Shown here: positions 11,721 through 23,181 of the stretch, in pieces
Layout: each line of letters starts with the position of its first letter
Position numbering within the stretch: the stretch's first letter is position 1
DNA from: Camelus ferus
Lineage: Eukaryota
DNA length: 64,000 bases
Assembly: GCF_009834535.1 (NCBI RefSeq)
Contig: NC_045697.1
Coordinates: 23,004,001-23,068,000 of the forward strand
Direction: 5' to 3'
Notes under the pieces: model-generated
Seen by the model: only the letters and a program-made list of their open reading frames with translations
The model's database searches: none
Told to the model about the DNA's origin: nothing
Program-made: the position numbers and the translations under genes

Positions 11721-14700
11721 ATTAGTAGCACAGGTAAAGAACGACACACTGTGTAACATACACACTTTTGGCAGAGCCAGTGTAAGATACGCTGGGAGTA
11801 GGCAAAGCCTGTCGAAAATTAAAATATCCTGGCAATATATAGTTATAAGTGTATCAATGATCCAATGGTGATTTGATTATCTGGGAGCCGTCATCACTGA
11901 ATACTTCAGTGAGCAACCATTGAGTTTACATGAGTCAGTTTCCTAAAACACACTCGGTTGTTTTCACTTGAATTTCACATGTGACTCTTCTATACCATGT
12001 TATTTTCCCTGTATATTTTGTACGCACCTGTATGTGTGCCTGTATGTGAATGTGTGTGTGCGCACGCACGGGGTGGGTAGGATACAGGGAGAGAGAGTTG
12101 CAGCTCTCAGATGCAATTCCCTTTGGAAAGTTTGAGAAACGGTGGTTTAACACAATCTTTTTTCTCTGATTCTAGGTCTGGGGTATATTTGAGGATTTTA
12201 GGGTTTAAACTGCCGCCAAGAAGGCTGCTCCTGTTATCATACTGAACAGATGCTGCCAGCTCTTAAGCTCCAGATATTTCTGTAGAAGCTCTTCTAACTC
12301 TTTTAAGAAAAGCAAAAGGTAGGATCAGGCTACTGCAAAGCTGCCTGTGGTATTTTATCCCACAAGGTGACAGATTTCCTCAAGATGAAACTTTCCAAGG
12401 CATAAGCCAGTTCAAAAAGAGTTCTTAATTGTTTCTTTCTAAACTTTGTTCACACCAACTTTTAATTCATTTTGCTTAAAAGGAATTTTATTGAGGCTGT
12501 CAGAAGCAGACTGCATGCTGGGAGTCATACGAAACCAAAAACATTATCCAGGACTAAGTAACAGCTGGAAAGAAACTATGGGACCTCCCAAATACCCTCC
12601 ACTGAGATGGAGACAATGGGTGAGTTATTTGACAGAATAATAGCAACAGCTGCCAAGTAGGTCGTTTTTAAAAACCCAACTTTGAAACTTTCCAAATCGA
12701 AATTCACAGGCTTCTGGGAGCACATGGAGGTGAAAAAACATATTTCAGGATATCCCTTCGCCAAATGAAACTTGGTATTAGCAGAAACTTGATGGGCCAT
12801 ATTTCATATCACTGTAATATAATCCATTTGGAAATATTTCAATTGAGATGACTATTATCTTAATTTGTAGGCCTAACATCAGTTCCTGACAGTACAAATT
12901 AACAATTGGCAACTATCTCATAAGTCAAATAGTCTATATCACCATTATGTGTCTCCCAAATAATCTTTTCACCTTTTTCCAAATAATTTATCGTAAACAA
13001 CAACCCCCAAAATTGCACACACATCTGAGAATATATCCCACTCACAAGCGTAAAAACTTAGACTTTTAAATTAAAATATATAATATTTTCAAATTAATGT
13101 GATTGTTGGGTTTAAAATAAAATGTTTTCAATAAGAAGATAGAAGATGGTAAATACTGTGGAGTTGTCTTTTCTCTTTAATCTTTACCTACTACAGTGTC
13201 ACATCATTTATTAAATTGTTAGTGGTACTCCCCCTCAGTGATTTATTAAAGGGAAGGAAGTCCTCATTATCACTAATGGTGGTCAAATCCCTACACTCTG
13301 CTGAGTGCCACAAATACAACAGAGAAAGAAAATATTTAAGAAAAGCACAGTGTAAGGCAATCTCGTGAAAGCAGAAGTAAAAGATTAACTCATATTGTTT
13401 TTTTCTTGATTAACAGGATTTCTCTCTTGTCTCCCCACTAGGTAGGCATATTGTCAGTGAAGTGAATTAAAGCAGTATCATTTAAATGCCCAGCAATTAA
13501 GCTTGAGTAGAGTAACTCAGCTGAGGAGTGAATAGATTTTGCAGGGGCATAGCCAAGTTTAAAATCTGAATCTGTTTCTTTATCTATCTAGGAAATGGAC
13601 CATCTCACAGCTAAAATGGAGGCCATAATAGATGGACAGCACATGGTATAGATGAGATTTTGCATGGATTATAGTTTTATAAAAGAACATAAAAGGAATT
13701 ATTTTATTTTTTCCACTTCACGTCAACAATGAAATTTGGCTATACATTCTCAGAGAGATGCCAACCACAGCCATGGTCCTAACCACTTGTTTGGCTGCGT
13801 AAAAACTGTGCTGAAGAGGACAGATGATTTTCATATCATGTTTTATTATTTAGCTGTAACTTGGAGAGTTGCTTTACTGTTAAGGTGAGCTTAGCCGTGT
13901 TTTGAGATCATGCTTTGTGAAAGCAGATTCTATTGTATAAATCCCTATTCTGGTGAAACAGATGATTCAGGAAGATGAAGGATGCTGGTGCTCTGAAAGT
14001 TCTATGATCTTTCCCTTTTGACCGCATAGACAAGAAAGGCTCCCTGGGAGAGAGTTTAGAGATGCGAGAATATAACCTAATGGATAAAAGTGTAAGGGCA
14101 TTTGAAGTGGACGCTCAGTCTTTGATATTGCCTGCAGGAGCCTCAGGTGGCTGAGTTTTTGTTATGCAGGTTTTGGAAGAACAGGAAGGAGCTGTATGTT
14201 CATAAAAGTCAGTTGTTTTATGAGCAGTCCATACAAGTTGAAACTTGAAACAAATGTGAAATAAGAGTAGAAATAATACTGAGAAATAAACTCCTTTAAA
14301 CCCTTTGTGTTATCTTGACTTTAACGAGTAATTATTTTCCCAAAAGTGCATTCTGGCTAATCTACTGAACCCTGGACTCGTTAGAGAGTAGTAACACAAA
14401 AGTGACAGGTCTTAAGGCAAAGTTTTGCTATTCAAATCACCCGAGCTCAGATTTCAATATTTTGAAAAGATTTTCTAACAGCAGCCTCTTTGAAAACACC
14501 TTTCACAGTACAGCTCACAGCTGGCTCCAAGGGGATTAACTGCCTAAGAGCTGCCAGCTTTTCCCATTCCTAATTAATACCCTCACGAGACTGGTTACTT
14601 TTGGTTTGGTAGGTCCTTAGAATGAACATTGTGCCCTTGAGTGACTCCGCAGGTGATCCTGGAAACCAAATGGCTAAGCATCAGTCACATATCAGGAAAA

Positions 14701-14819
14701 AGCTTTTCAGTTTCTAGCCATGTACCCCCGGAGTTCCTCTTCCAAAGATCCAGCTCCCTACTCCATTTCCTCCCAGCCCTTCCTCTCAGTCACCCTGTAT
14801 ATTTCAAAGCTAGAACCAC

Positions 14820-15340
14820 ACTTGCCTTCATCCCCCAAATAGTTGCCTGTTTCCTTCTGTCTTCCATATTTTAATCAAAAGCATAGCCACATACCTCATA
14901 TTCAAACTTAAAACCTAGGATTCATCCCTGACCCCTCAGTATCTTTGAAATTCCATTAACTCCATAAATCATGAATAAGTCCTCAAAAATATCTTTCTAA
15001 TCCATGCACTTCCTTCCATTTTGATTCCATTATACTAGTCCAGGGACCTAGCCTTTTTAGCTTGTAATAAACATCTTTTATCTACCTTCCAGAGATCTAC
15101 TGGTCCCCGCCACCTACCCCAGACACATGCACAACCTTCTCTATAATTCAGTTTTTAGACTAGGACCATCATGATGTTTTAAATATAAATAGAATTTGTT
15201 CATAAATTTGTTCAAGTTATCTGCACTTAGAAATATATACTTTATGAAGACAGGAACCGTATCTCAATGTATTGGTGGTAGCTATCACATTACTTTGCAC
15301 ACAGTAATCACTCAATAAAATATATTTTTTCAAATGAACA
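14820..15340 (+). mobile_element. L2 LINE 3' region
   Basis: aaacctaggattcatccctgaccc...tactagtccagg...tttatgaagacaggaaccgtatct...gcacacagtaatcactcaataaa. Confidence 0.6.
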
Positions 15341-15926
15341 ATCTTATCATTTTTATATTATACCTCCCATACGTAATTAATTCCACTTGGCCAGAGACAG
15401 CTCTTCTGTATAATGTATTCCATTGTGCAGTCTCCTGAGCCTTCTCTTAGTTTTCCTCATCTCCTTTCTGTTACAGAACAATGTGTATTCAGACATTTTG
15501 GCTACAAACCGGATTCACTGAAAAGGGAAAAATGTTTTGATTATATGCAGAACATTATTTTTGGAAGTGTGATAAGCTTTTAAATTTATTTACTTATTCT
15601 TGTTTTTTGCTTTATTTAATAGTCCTAAATACAGATGCTATTTCTGGAGATTAAGAATTATTTAACAATAGTTTCCTTTTTAGAGAGAGGATTAATCTCA
15701 CTTCTCTTCATATAATGGAACTCTCAAGACAAATGAGAGTTAAGAATGTTCTTTTCCGTAAAGAGAATTCATTACCGCACCACCTGCTAGCACGGTCATC
15801 AGATTACCATTCTTTCTCTAATGGGTATCACTTTTCAGACACTTTTACTGGGTGTTAAAAATTAAATATGGCAGTTAGAATTTCCGAAGAAAAGTTTTAA
15901 GTACTAAGAAGGAAAACTGGAAAGTG

Positions 15927-15953
15927 CACACACACACACACACACACACACAC
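15927..15953. repeat. (CA)13 microsatellite
   Basis: Direct reading. Confidence 0.95.
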
Positions 15954-16227
15954 TCTTTGTGATGTCTATTATGAGAAAGAAATTGTACACACTTAGAAAA
16001 ACTATGTCTACCATCTAAAACATCTACCAAATGTATGTTGCCCAGTCTCATAGTTTAAAATATCTATTTAAATATATGTATTTTCAATTTCTTCCATTAA
16101 CTTAGAGTAATCTAAATTTCAAAATCAAATAATTAAATGATAACCGTTATGCCTCTTGTTAACGATTCCTAAAGTAGTAGTCCTTTTTTAATGTTAAAAA
16201 AGACACTATCAAGTTGTGGCTCTAGAT

Positions 16228-16314
16228 AAGTAGAGCTTTATAGCTTTATAAAGTAAAGTATAGCTTAATAAAGTTAAGTATAGTATAAAGTATAGCTTTA
16301 TAAAGTAGAGCTTT
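16228..16314. repeat. Irregular AT-rich tandem patchwork of AAGTA / TAGCTTTATA units bounded by a 12-bp direct repeat
   Basis: aagtagagcttt at 16228-16239 and 16303-16314; the interior is built from variants of aagtatagctttata. Confidence 0.85.
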
Positions 16315-16389
16315 GTAGTTTTATAGGCAAAAACTAAAAGAAACTACCATGTGAGTCTACAAACAGTTTCTTATTTCTCATCTTCAACA

Positions 16390-16680
16390 CACGGGAATCA
16401 GATTTCTCTTCAGATGTCCACTCAGTGAAAGTCCTTCCTTGGCCACCAATCTAAGACAGCAGGCCCCACTCTGTCATATTCTGTCTCCTTAGCTTGTTTC
16501 ATTTCCCTTCATAATATTCATCATATCTGATACCATGTTATGTATCCAACTGCGTATTTGTTTATCACATGCTGCCCTGGCTAGAGTAGAAGGTCTACTC
16601 GGGCAGGCACTTTCTGTTTCACGTTCATTGGCACACCCCAAGGACCTAGCAGGTGCTGAGAAAATATTTCTGGAATGAAA
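16390..16680 (+). mobile_element. L2 (L2a-like) 3' end
   Basis: tcagatgtccactcagtgaaagtccttccttggccacc...tatttgtttat...ctagagtagaag...gggcagg...caggtgctgagaaaatatttctggaatgaa. Confidence 0.65.
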
Positions 16681-19600
16681 GTGCAAGTGATAGTCAACCC
16701 TCAAAAAAAAATTTGAAGGACAATATACCAGAATATTTGAATACAGTCAGTGCTTTCCTATCTCAATACCCTCCTCCTGCCTGACAATCCCAGGTATATG
16801 TTATTCAAATTTTCTTTGTCACTTAAATTGCAATTTTTAAGAAGATGAAAAAGAAAGAAAAAACTTCCCTGTTCTCAAAATTTGATTTTGTTTTTCTCTT
16901 TCTATTATTTAACTTTTTTGACAAATATTAATTTTGTAATATGAATATTCAAAATGTATTTGAGTAATTTGTATAGACAAATGTGCTAAAGACTGTATTT
17001 ACCAAACTTGATTGAATTTATTCCTGTATTATGATTAAAATATATCATATAAAATGTATATAATGTATATAAAATATAAATTTCATAATATGTCATGAGT
17101 CATTGGGAAAATGATATGAATGACCAAAATGAGCCAAATCACTAATAAATCATATAATTTAAAAAAATCATTTGGAAGTATAACACAATCTAAAGAGTCA
17201 TTATCAAAAAGCTAATAAACTTTAAATAATAATAGTCACCCATTAATCCCAATATACCAGATTGATACCAGTCTGTTGACTTGTCTTTCTTTCCACCTTT
17301 CATCCGTATCTTTATCTCAATTCACCATCCATATGGCTTAACTTTATGGTATGATTACTCTTACCTAGCCTCACCTTCTATTTCATGCCTGTAAAAAAGT
17401 CTTCAAATGGGACCCTATCAACCAGTCTTCTTAAATCACCCATCAGGATTTCTGGGTAGTTTTGAAATACATATAAACTTCCAGTAAATTCATAGTTAAC
17501 AACCTCAACTGGCTTTAAGTATCACCTGTCAATCTTTATATATTTTCTTAACTACTCTTCTATTTTTTAAAATTTATTTGTAGGTGTCTTTATTCTACAG
17601 TCTTTTACCATTAATGTCATTTGATGGCTTCCTGGTTGTGACAATCTGAAGTGCTTCTAGAAGGTGGGGGTTGGGGGCAGGTATGGTTCCCAGTTGAGAA
17701 CCACTGCTCTAATGGATACCATTCTCCACCCCTGCAATTCAGATATCTTGCCTTAAAAATGAATGACTTTTTTGTAGCTTCTCATTCTTCCCAGCATCTT
17801 TCCAGTAGCATCTAAGTGTGCCTCAATTATTTTCTCTTCTAAAATCAAACTCTTTCAACCCTGTATTTTTTGTTTCATTTCCTGGTTCTGACTTACTCTG
17901 ATTTACCTTGAAAAGTTCCTTTCAAAGTCAAAAATTTTGCATCATTGTTCACACTGACTTTTATTCCATTTTTATCCCCACTGCAATCTTATATCCACCC
18001 AATTAGTCTGTCATTCTATCAAATGAACACTTTTCAATCCTTAATATTTGAACATAGTTCACATATTGATTACTCATTTATTCTCAAATAACACTCTCTC
18101 CTTGGTGCCAACATCTTCTCAATCTTTTGTTCAGGGGCTTCATTCTTTATCCTTCACCAAAATATTGGTGTTGTTACTGGCTCCATATAAACCATCTTTT
18201 TGTTTTTGTTTTCTTTTCCAAACTACAAGTTTAACCTAAGAGTTTAAGCTCTTACACTCTTACCTTCAGTACAAAACTCTCTTCTGGTACCAAGATAATC
18301 ATCTCTAATGTTTTCTAACTGACTAATAACATTAGCATGAAATGTATCCTCCTTTAAAGTTTTTAAAACATATTTATTATACTCAGTGAAGTATCTCAGT
18401 GATATATTGCATGCCAAGCACAGACCCAGGCATACAGTTCACCCTACATAAATGTTGACATCATCACCATCATCACTACCATCAACATTGTAAATGATAG
18501 CAAACCTTCTGAAAATGTAATATAAAATTATGGGTATACATTGAAGGAAAATAATAATAGACAATATTTTCTTAATAATGTGAATGGTCTGCACATCTGA
18601 CTTTTTAATACATAAGCTAGTTTTAAACTTTTAGGTTACTTTGTAAAATAAATATACAACTCAGTTACAAGTACCAAAATAACTTTATATTGTCTCTGAT
18701 ATACTGAATAAAATATTTTGTATTTATTTTTGGTATACATATTGATACAACACTTAATTTAGTCATTGCGATTATTAAAAAACACAAATTCTTCAATATA
18801 CTCATATATGCATAATTTTAAAAAACTTACTTCCACATAGCAAACTTCATCATTGTTTACTTAATCACAGTACTTTAATTGAAACTAGAATTTTGGGCTT
18901 ATTAGCTCATTTTCATTCACCACATATGTTTGAATTCCTTCTTCCTACTGAGCACATTAAGAGCAATGGAGTCCAGAATACTGAGTCACATTCCAAAGTC
19001 ACAAGACCAGTTAGTAAATACACAGATAATACTTCACAGGCATATGCTTCTAGTTTGTTGCTTGACTCACTCATCCAGATTTTTTTCTCCATCTTTAAAA
19101 ATATGTAGTGGTAAGTCCTTTAATATGATACTAGGCTTTATTTTGATGGATCTAACGAATTAGACTCACCCTATTCCAAAATAAAAAAAAAAACAACAAT
19201 AATGTGCATAATGAATTCTTCTCATTCTCTGTGCACCTGTTCTCTCTCATTATATCTGAAAATCTGGGATTATTCCAAAGTACTCTGTAATGACTTTTTG
19301 TAAGCAAGACAAGTAGAAGAAATTCTTCAAGGACAAAATGAATTGGTTTTTGAAACTGTGCTAAATAACCAGGTAGGAGGGAAGTGATAGCAACAGACAG
19401 ACCACGAGGCACGCATCATTTGGAGGCAGGAATATTCAAGGGATAAAGAATCATTCTGCCAGTAAATGAATAGGTAAGAAAGTTCAAAACAGTTGCAGTT
19501 CTTTGAGTATCAGCTCATATTTTCAACTAACAGATTTTTTACCTGTATTCATTTTTGGAAAAATATTTAAGCAACAATTTTTTTTTACATCTTTGAAAAT

Positions 19601-20196
19601 ATCTGTAAGGGTAATTATCTCATATGTTTGTAATCGCTGAGTATCTATAAATACTACATAGATTTACTTTACTTGCAACTTAAATTGTTTCTATTGTCTA
19701 ATCACTGATGCTTGTCTGTATTTCAATTTGTCTCAAACTGTGGAGGTTGTTACAGGTTAATCATACAAATAAAATCATCAAGGGAGACTAAGGTTTATAT
19801 GTGAGTAAACCCTATCAAAACTCCTCCATTTGAAATAGTAGGGTACCAGCTGGGTTTTAAATAGTTATGTTGACTGTCATCATTAGCTTTTGAAATATAC
19901 AGTTTAGTTCTTCAATATGTTGCTTTTTTTGATGGATCAAAAACTCTAACTCACAACATGAAAATTATTCCATATTCTAAAATTCTAAAATTGCAATAGT
20001 TCATACTTCTGTCAGGAGATCTGGCTGAACTGAGGTAGAAAAAGGGCACATATAGAATTTAAGTCTATTGCTACTGATCCAAACCTTCCTAAGAAGACTA
20101 CAGGATAAAAAATTAAGACAAAAGTATAGCAGAAAAACTTCAGCTATTAAATCAGTAGGAGTCCCGTAAGATAAATTTTGAAGTGGAGGAACATTT

Positions 20197-20270
20197 TTCT
20201 CCTTTCCTTCCATCCTCCCTCCCTTCCTTCCTTCTTCCTTCCTTCCTTCCATTCTTTTTCCCTTCTTCTG
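20197..20270. repeat. (TTCC)n / CT-rich low-complexity tract
   Basis: cctttccttccatcctccctcccttccttccttcttccttccttccttcc. Confidence 0.9.
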
Positions 20271-20617
20271 TTTCAAAGGAGCATATGGATCTACCTTAAG
20301 ACAATGCCATTCCAGAAATATCATTGTCGTTCTGTGGATTAATGAACCAAGTTTCAGGGAATTAATTACATATTAATATTCAACAGACCTGACCCACAAA
20401 TAAAAGTGACTCCAGTTTATAATGGCTTACAATATTGGTTATATAAAGAGTTTCAGAATATCTTTGGCTTAATTCAAGCTTCATTTTCTCTGTTACGTCT
20501 TCTTCTATTTACTTATTATGGTATTCCTATTATTACAGTAATATTATGTTATCAATCATAAAACTCTAAGGGCTTTAGCTTTCAGCAGAGCTAATATATG
20601 CTTCAATAAGGGCTAAT

Positions 20618-20720
20618 AAAATAATAATAGCTAATATTTATTGAGCATTTACTTTATGCTAGACATTGTTATCAAGTATGTTCAATATAATATTTCTTTA
20701 ACCACTGAAACCAAACTATT
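20618..20720 (-). mobile_element. MIR SINE 3' fragment
   Basis: ataataatagctaatatttattgagcatttactttatgctagacattgtt is the antisense MIR/L2-derived tail. Confidence 0.65.
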
Positions 20721-21899
20721 TAAAAGAAAAAGAAAAAAATGAATGAAAGCAGAAGCAATTGCTGTGATATTAATGAAGGAATACATGAATGGTTTAATTC
20801 ATCAATTCAGAATTTTCCAAGATTATGTTTTCACTTGTCCTTAACCTTAGTATTAAGTACTGCACATTTCTATCCTTCTAACTAAATGCTATGGATTAAA
20901 ATTAAATTCTACACTTTGATAGGAAAATGCTACCTCAGAATATTTAAACAGTCTTCTTTGGAAATTGGCTCCCTTTGTTTAATGTCAGCATTTTGTGAGT
21001 TTCTGCTCTGTTTCAACAGTGACAAGACTTTTAGGAAGAAAATAGCCTCAAAGAAATAATAAGCTGTTGAATTCACATCCATCAAGTCTGAGTCTGAGTC
21101 GGTTTCAATTTTTAAATGAGGAAAAAAAAACTTCCTATCATATTTTAAAATTTATACATGCCAGGATTTGAAGATTTAATTGAAGTACTTTTTCAGATGG
21201 TTATGCTGTTCAGTAGAGGGTAGAAGAATGTCGTGTGGGGGTGGAGGTCATCAGAATTTGTTCCCTGGAGGTGAATTACAAGTGTGTGGGCTCAGGTTAG
21301 AAAGACGTGTGATCAAATTGAGGCTTCACAACTGATACACTTTGGAAGTTCAGGCAACTTCCTCAAAGCTTCTACAACTATAACTAAAATGGAAGTAATA
21401 ATGTCTTCCTCAGAGTGGTTGGTAGGAAAGAACTTTGCACGTGGCTGTCCTGGATAAAAATCTGTGTCTTCTTTCCATCACCTGTACAACTTCAGCAAGT
21501 CGTCAAAAATCTGCTAAAAAATCGGGACAGTAATAATGTATTTGAGTGAAAGCAGGATTGTGAGCTATACTTATTTTGAGAATTATTTTATTTTGCCAAA
21601 CCATACAGAGAAGTTATAGCAACTCAAGTGTCCACCCCAACTTCATAGGTTTGAATGGGGGCCTGGCCACTTGTAGCTTCAGAATCGTGACCTATGATAT
21701 TGATATCCAGATTTCAGAGAAAACAAACTCTACTAAAAACTTCTAGGACAAAATGTGATTTTATTTACTCCCTGCTTTATGATATTTCATGTGTTGAGAT
21801 TTGTAAAATTTTAGAGACCAAGAAAGCTCTGTTGCCATGGAGACATCCTTAGAATCATTGCATGGTTTCATACGTTTTTTTACATCAGGTGTATTGACA

Positions 21900-22078
21900 A
21901 TCTGGAATAAAATTCTAGTACCAATTTCGTAATCTTATCTGTTCATTCTAGATCTCATTCTTTTCACCTACAAAATGGAGGCTAATAATGAGATATTATG
22001 TAATATCCTGAGTGGAGTTATTCCTTGAAAAGCCTTTAACACAGACTTCTGTAGACAGTAGGCAATAAATGATTGTTC
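21900..22078 (+). mobile_element. MIR SINE fragment
   Basis: ttttcacctacaaaatggaggctaataat...aaagcctttaacacag...acagtaggcaataaatg. Confidence 0.5.
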
Positions 22079-22202
22079 TAGTTATTTGAGATATGTGCTA
22101 GCCTTGATATTTGGTAAACATGGAATAATTTTTGAGACACAGACCTGAAATAGCCATCATATAAAAGAATGTAGAAAGAAATATTTCCTCACATCAAACT
22201 TT

Positions 22203-22712
22203 TTTGACAACTTTATTGAGATATGTTTAAGGTTTGCAACTTAATGTTTTTTTACATACATGGATGCATTGTGCCAGAATCACTATGATCAAACTAAATA
22301 ACTTACGCATCACCACTAGTTTCCCTTGTGTGTGTGCATATGTGGTGAGAAGATTTAACACGTATCTTCTTAGAAAATGTCAAGTGTGCAACACAGTGTT
22401 GCTCACCATCAGTACCATGCTGTACATCAGATCTCCAGCACTTATGCGTTTTGCATAACTAAACTTTCGTGCTCTTTGACCAACATTTCCCCATTTCCCA
22501 CATCCCGTGGGTCCTGGCAACCATCATTCCACTATGCTTTTATGAGTTTGACTTTTTTAGATTCCACGTATAAGTGAGATCACGCAGTATTTGTCCTTCA
22601 GTGTTGGCTTATTTCACTGAGCATAATGTCCTCTAGATTCATCTATGTTGTAGCAAGTGACAGAGTTTTCTTCTTTTTAAAGGCTGAATAATATTTGATC
22701 TATATATATGTG

Positions 22713-22746
<34 letters not shown>

Positions 22747-22853
22747 TATGCCATCATATATATGTATGTATGTCCTACTTTCATTATCCATTCACACCTG
22801 TCAACACACATTTAGGTTATTTTTGCATTTGGCAATTGTGAATAATGCTGCAA
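22203..22853 (-). mobile_element. L1 (L1MA9/L1MA10-like) 3' UTR and ORF2 end; non-inverted part of a 5'-inverted insertion
   Basis: ctttattgagata...gtaccatgctgtacatcagatctcc...ttagattccacgtataagtgagatcacgcagtatttgtc...ttgtgaataatgctgcaa. Confidence 0.9.
22700..22748. repeat. Compound (TA)n(CA)n microsatellite inside the L1
   Basis: Direct reading. Confidence 0.9.
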
Positions 22854-23181
22854 ATGGCTATTTCTCAAAATACAACATAAAAATGGCCAGTAGGTACCTT
22901 AAGGGGTGCTCAACATCACTGATCATTAGGGAAAAGCAAATCTAAACCACAATGGGGTATTATCTCACACCTCTTAGAATGGCTATTACCAAAAAGACAA
23001 AATATAAGTGTGGATGAGGATGTGGAGAAAAGGGAACACTTGTACACTGCTGGGAATGTAAATTGGTACAACCATTATGGAAAAGAATGTGGAGATTCCT
23101 CAAAAAATTGAAAATAGAGCTACCATATGATTTAGCAGTCCCATGTCTGGGTATACAGCCAAAAGAAATAAAATCAGCATC
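22854..23181 (+). mobile_element. L1 ORF2 C-terminal segment; inverted 5' part of the same insertion
   Basis: tgctcaacatcactgatcattagggaaaagcaaatctaaaccacaatg...ggatgtggagaaaagggaacac...aatagagctaccatatgat; translates CSTSLIIREKQI, like L1 ORF2 CSTSLIIREMQI. Confidence 0.9.

Noticed and set aside
12176..12318. Coding exon between a ttctag acceptor and an aaaggtagg donor
   Set aside because: Stop codons in all three frames
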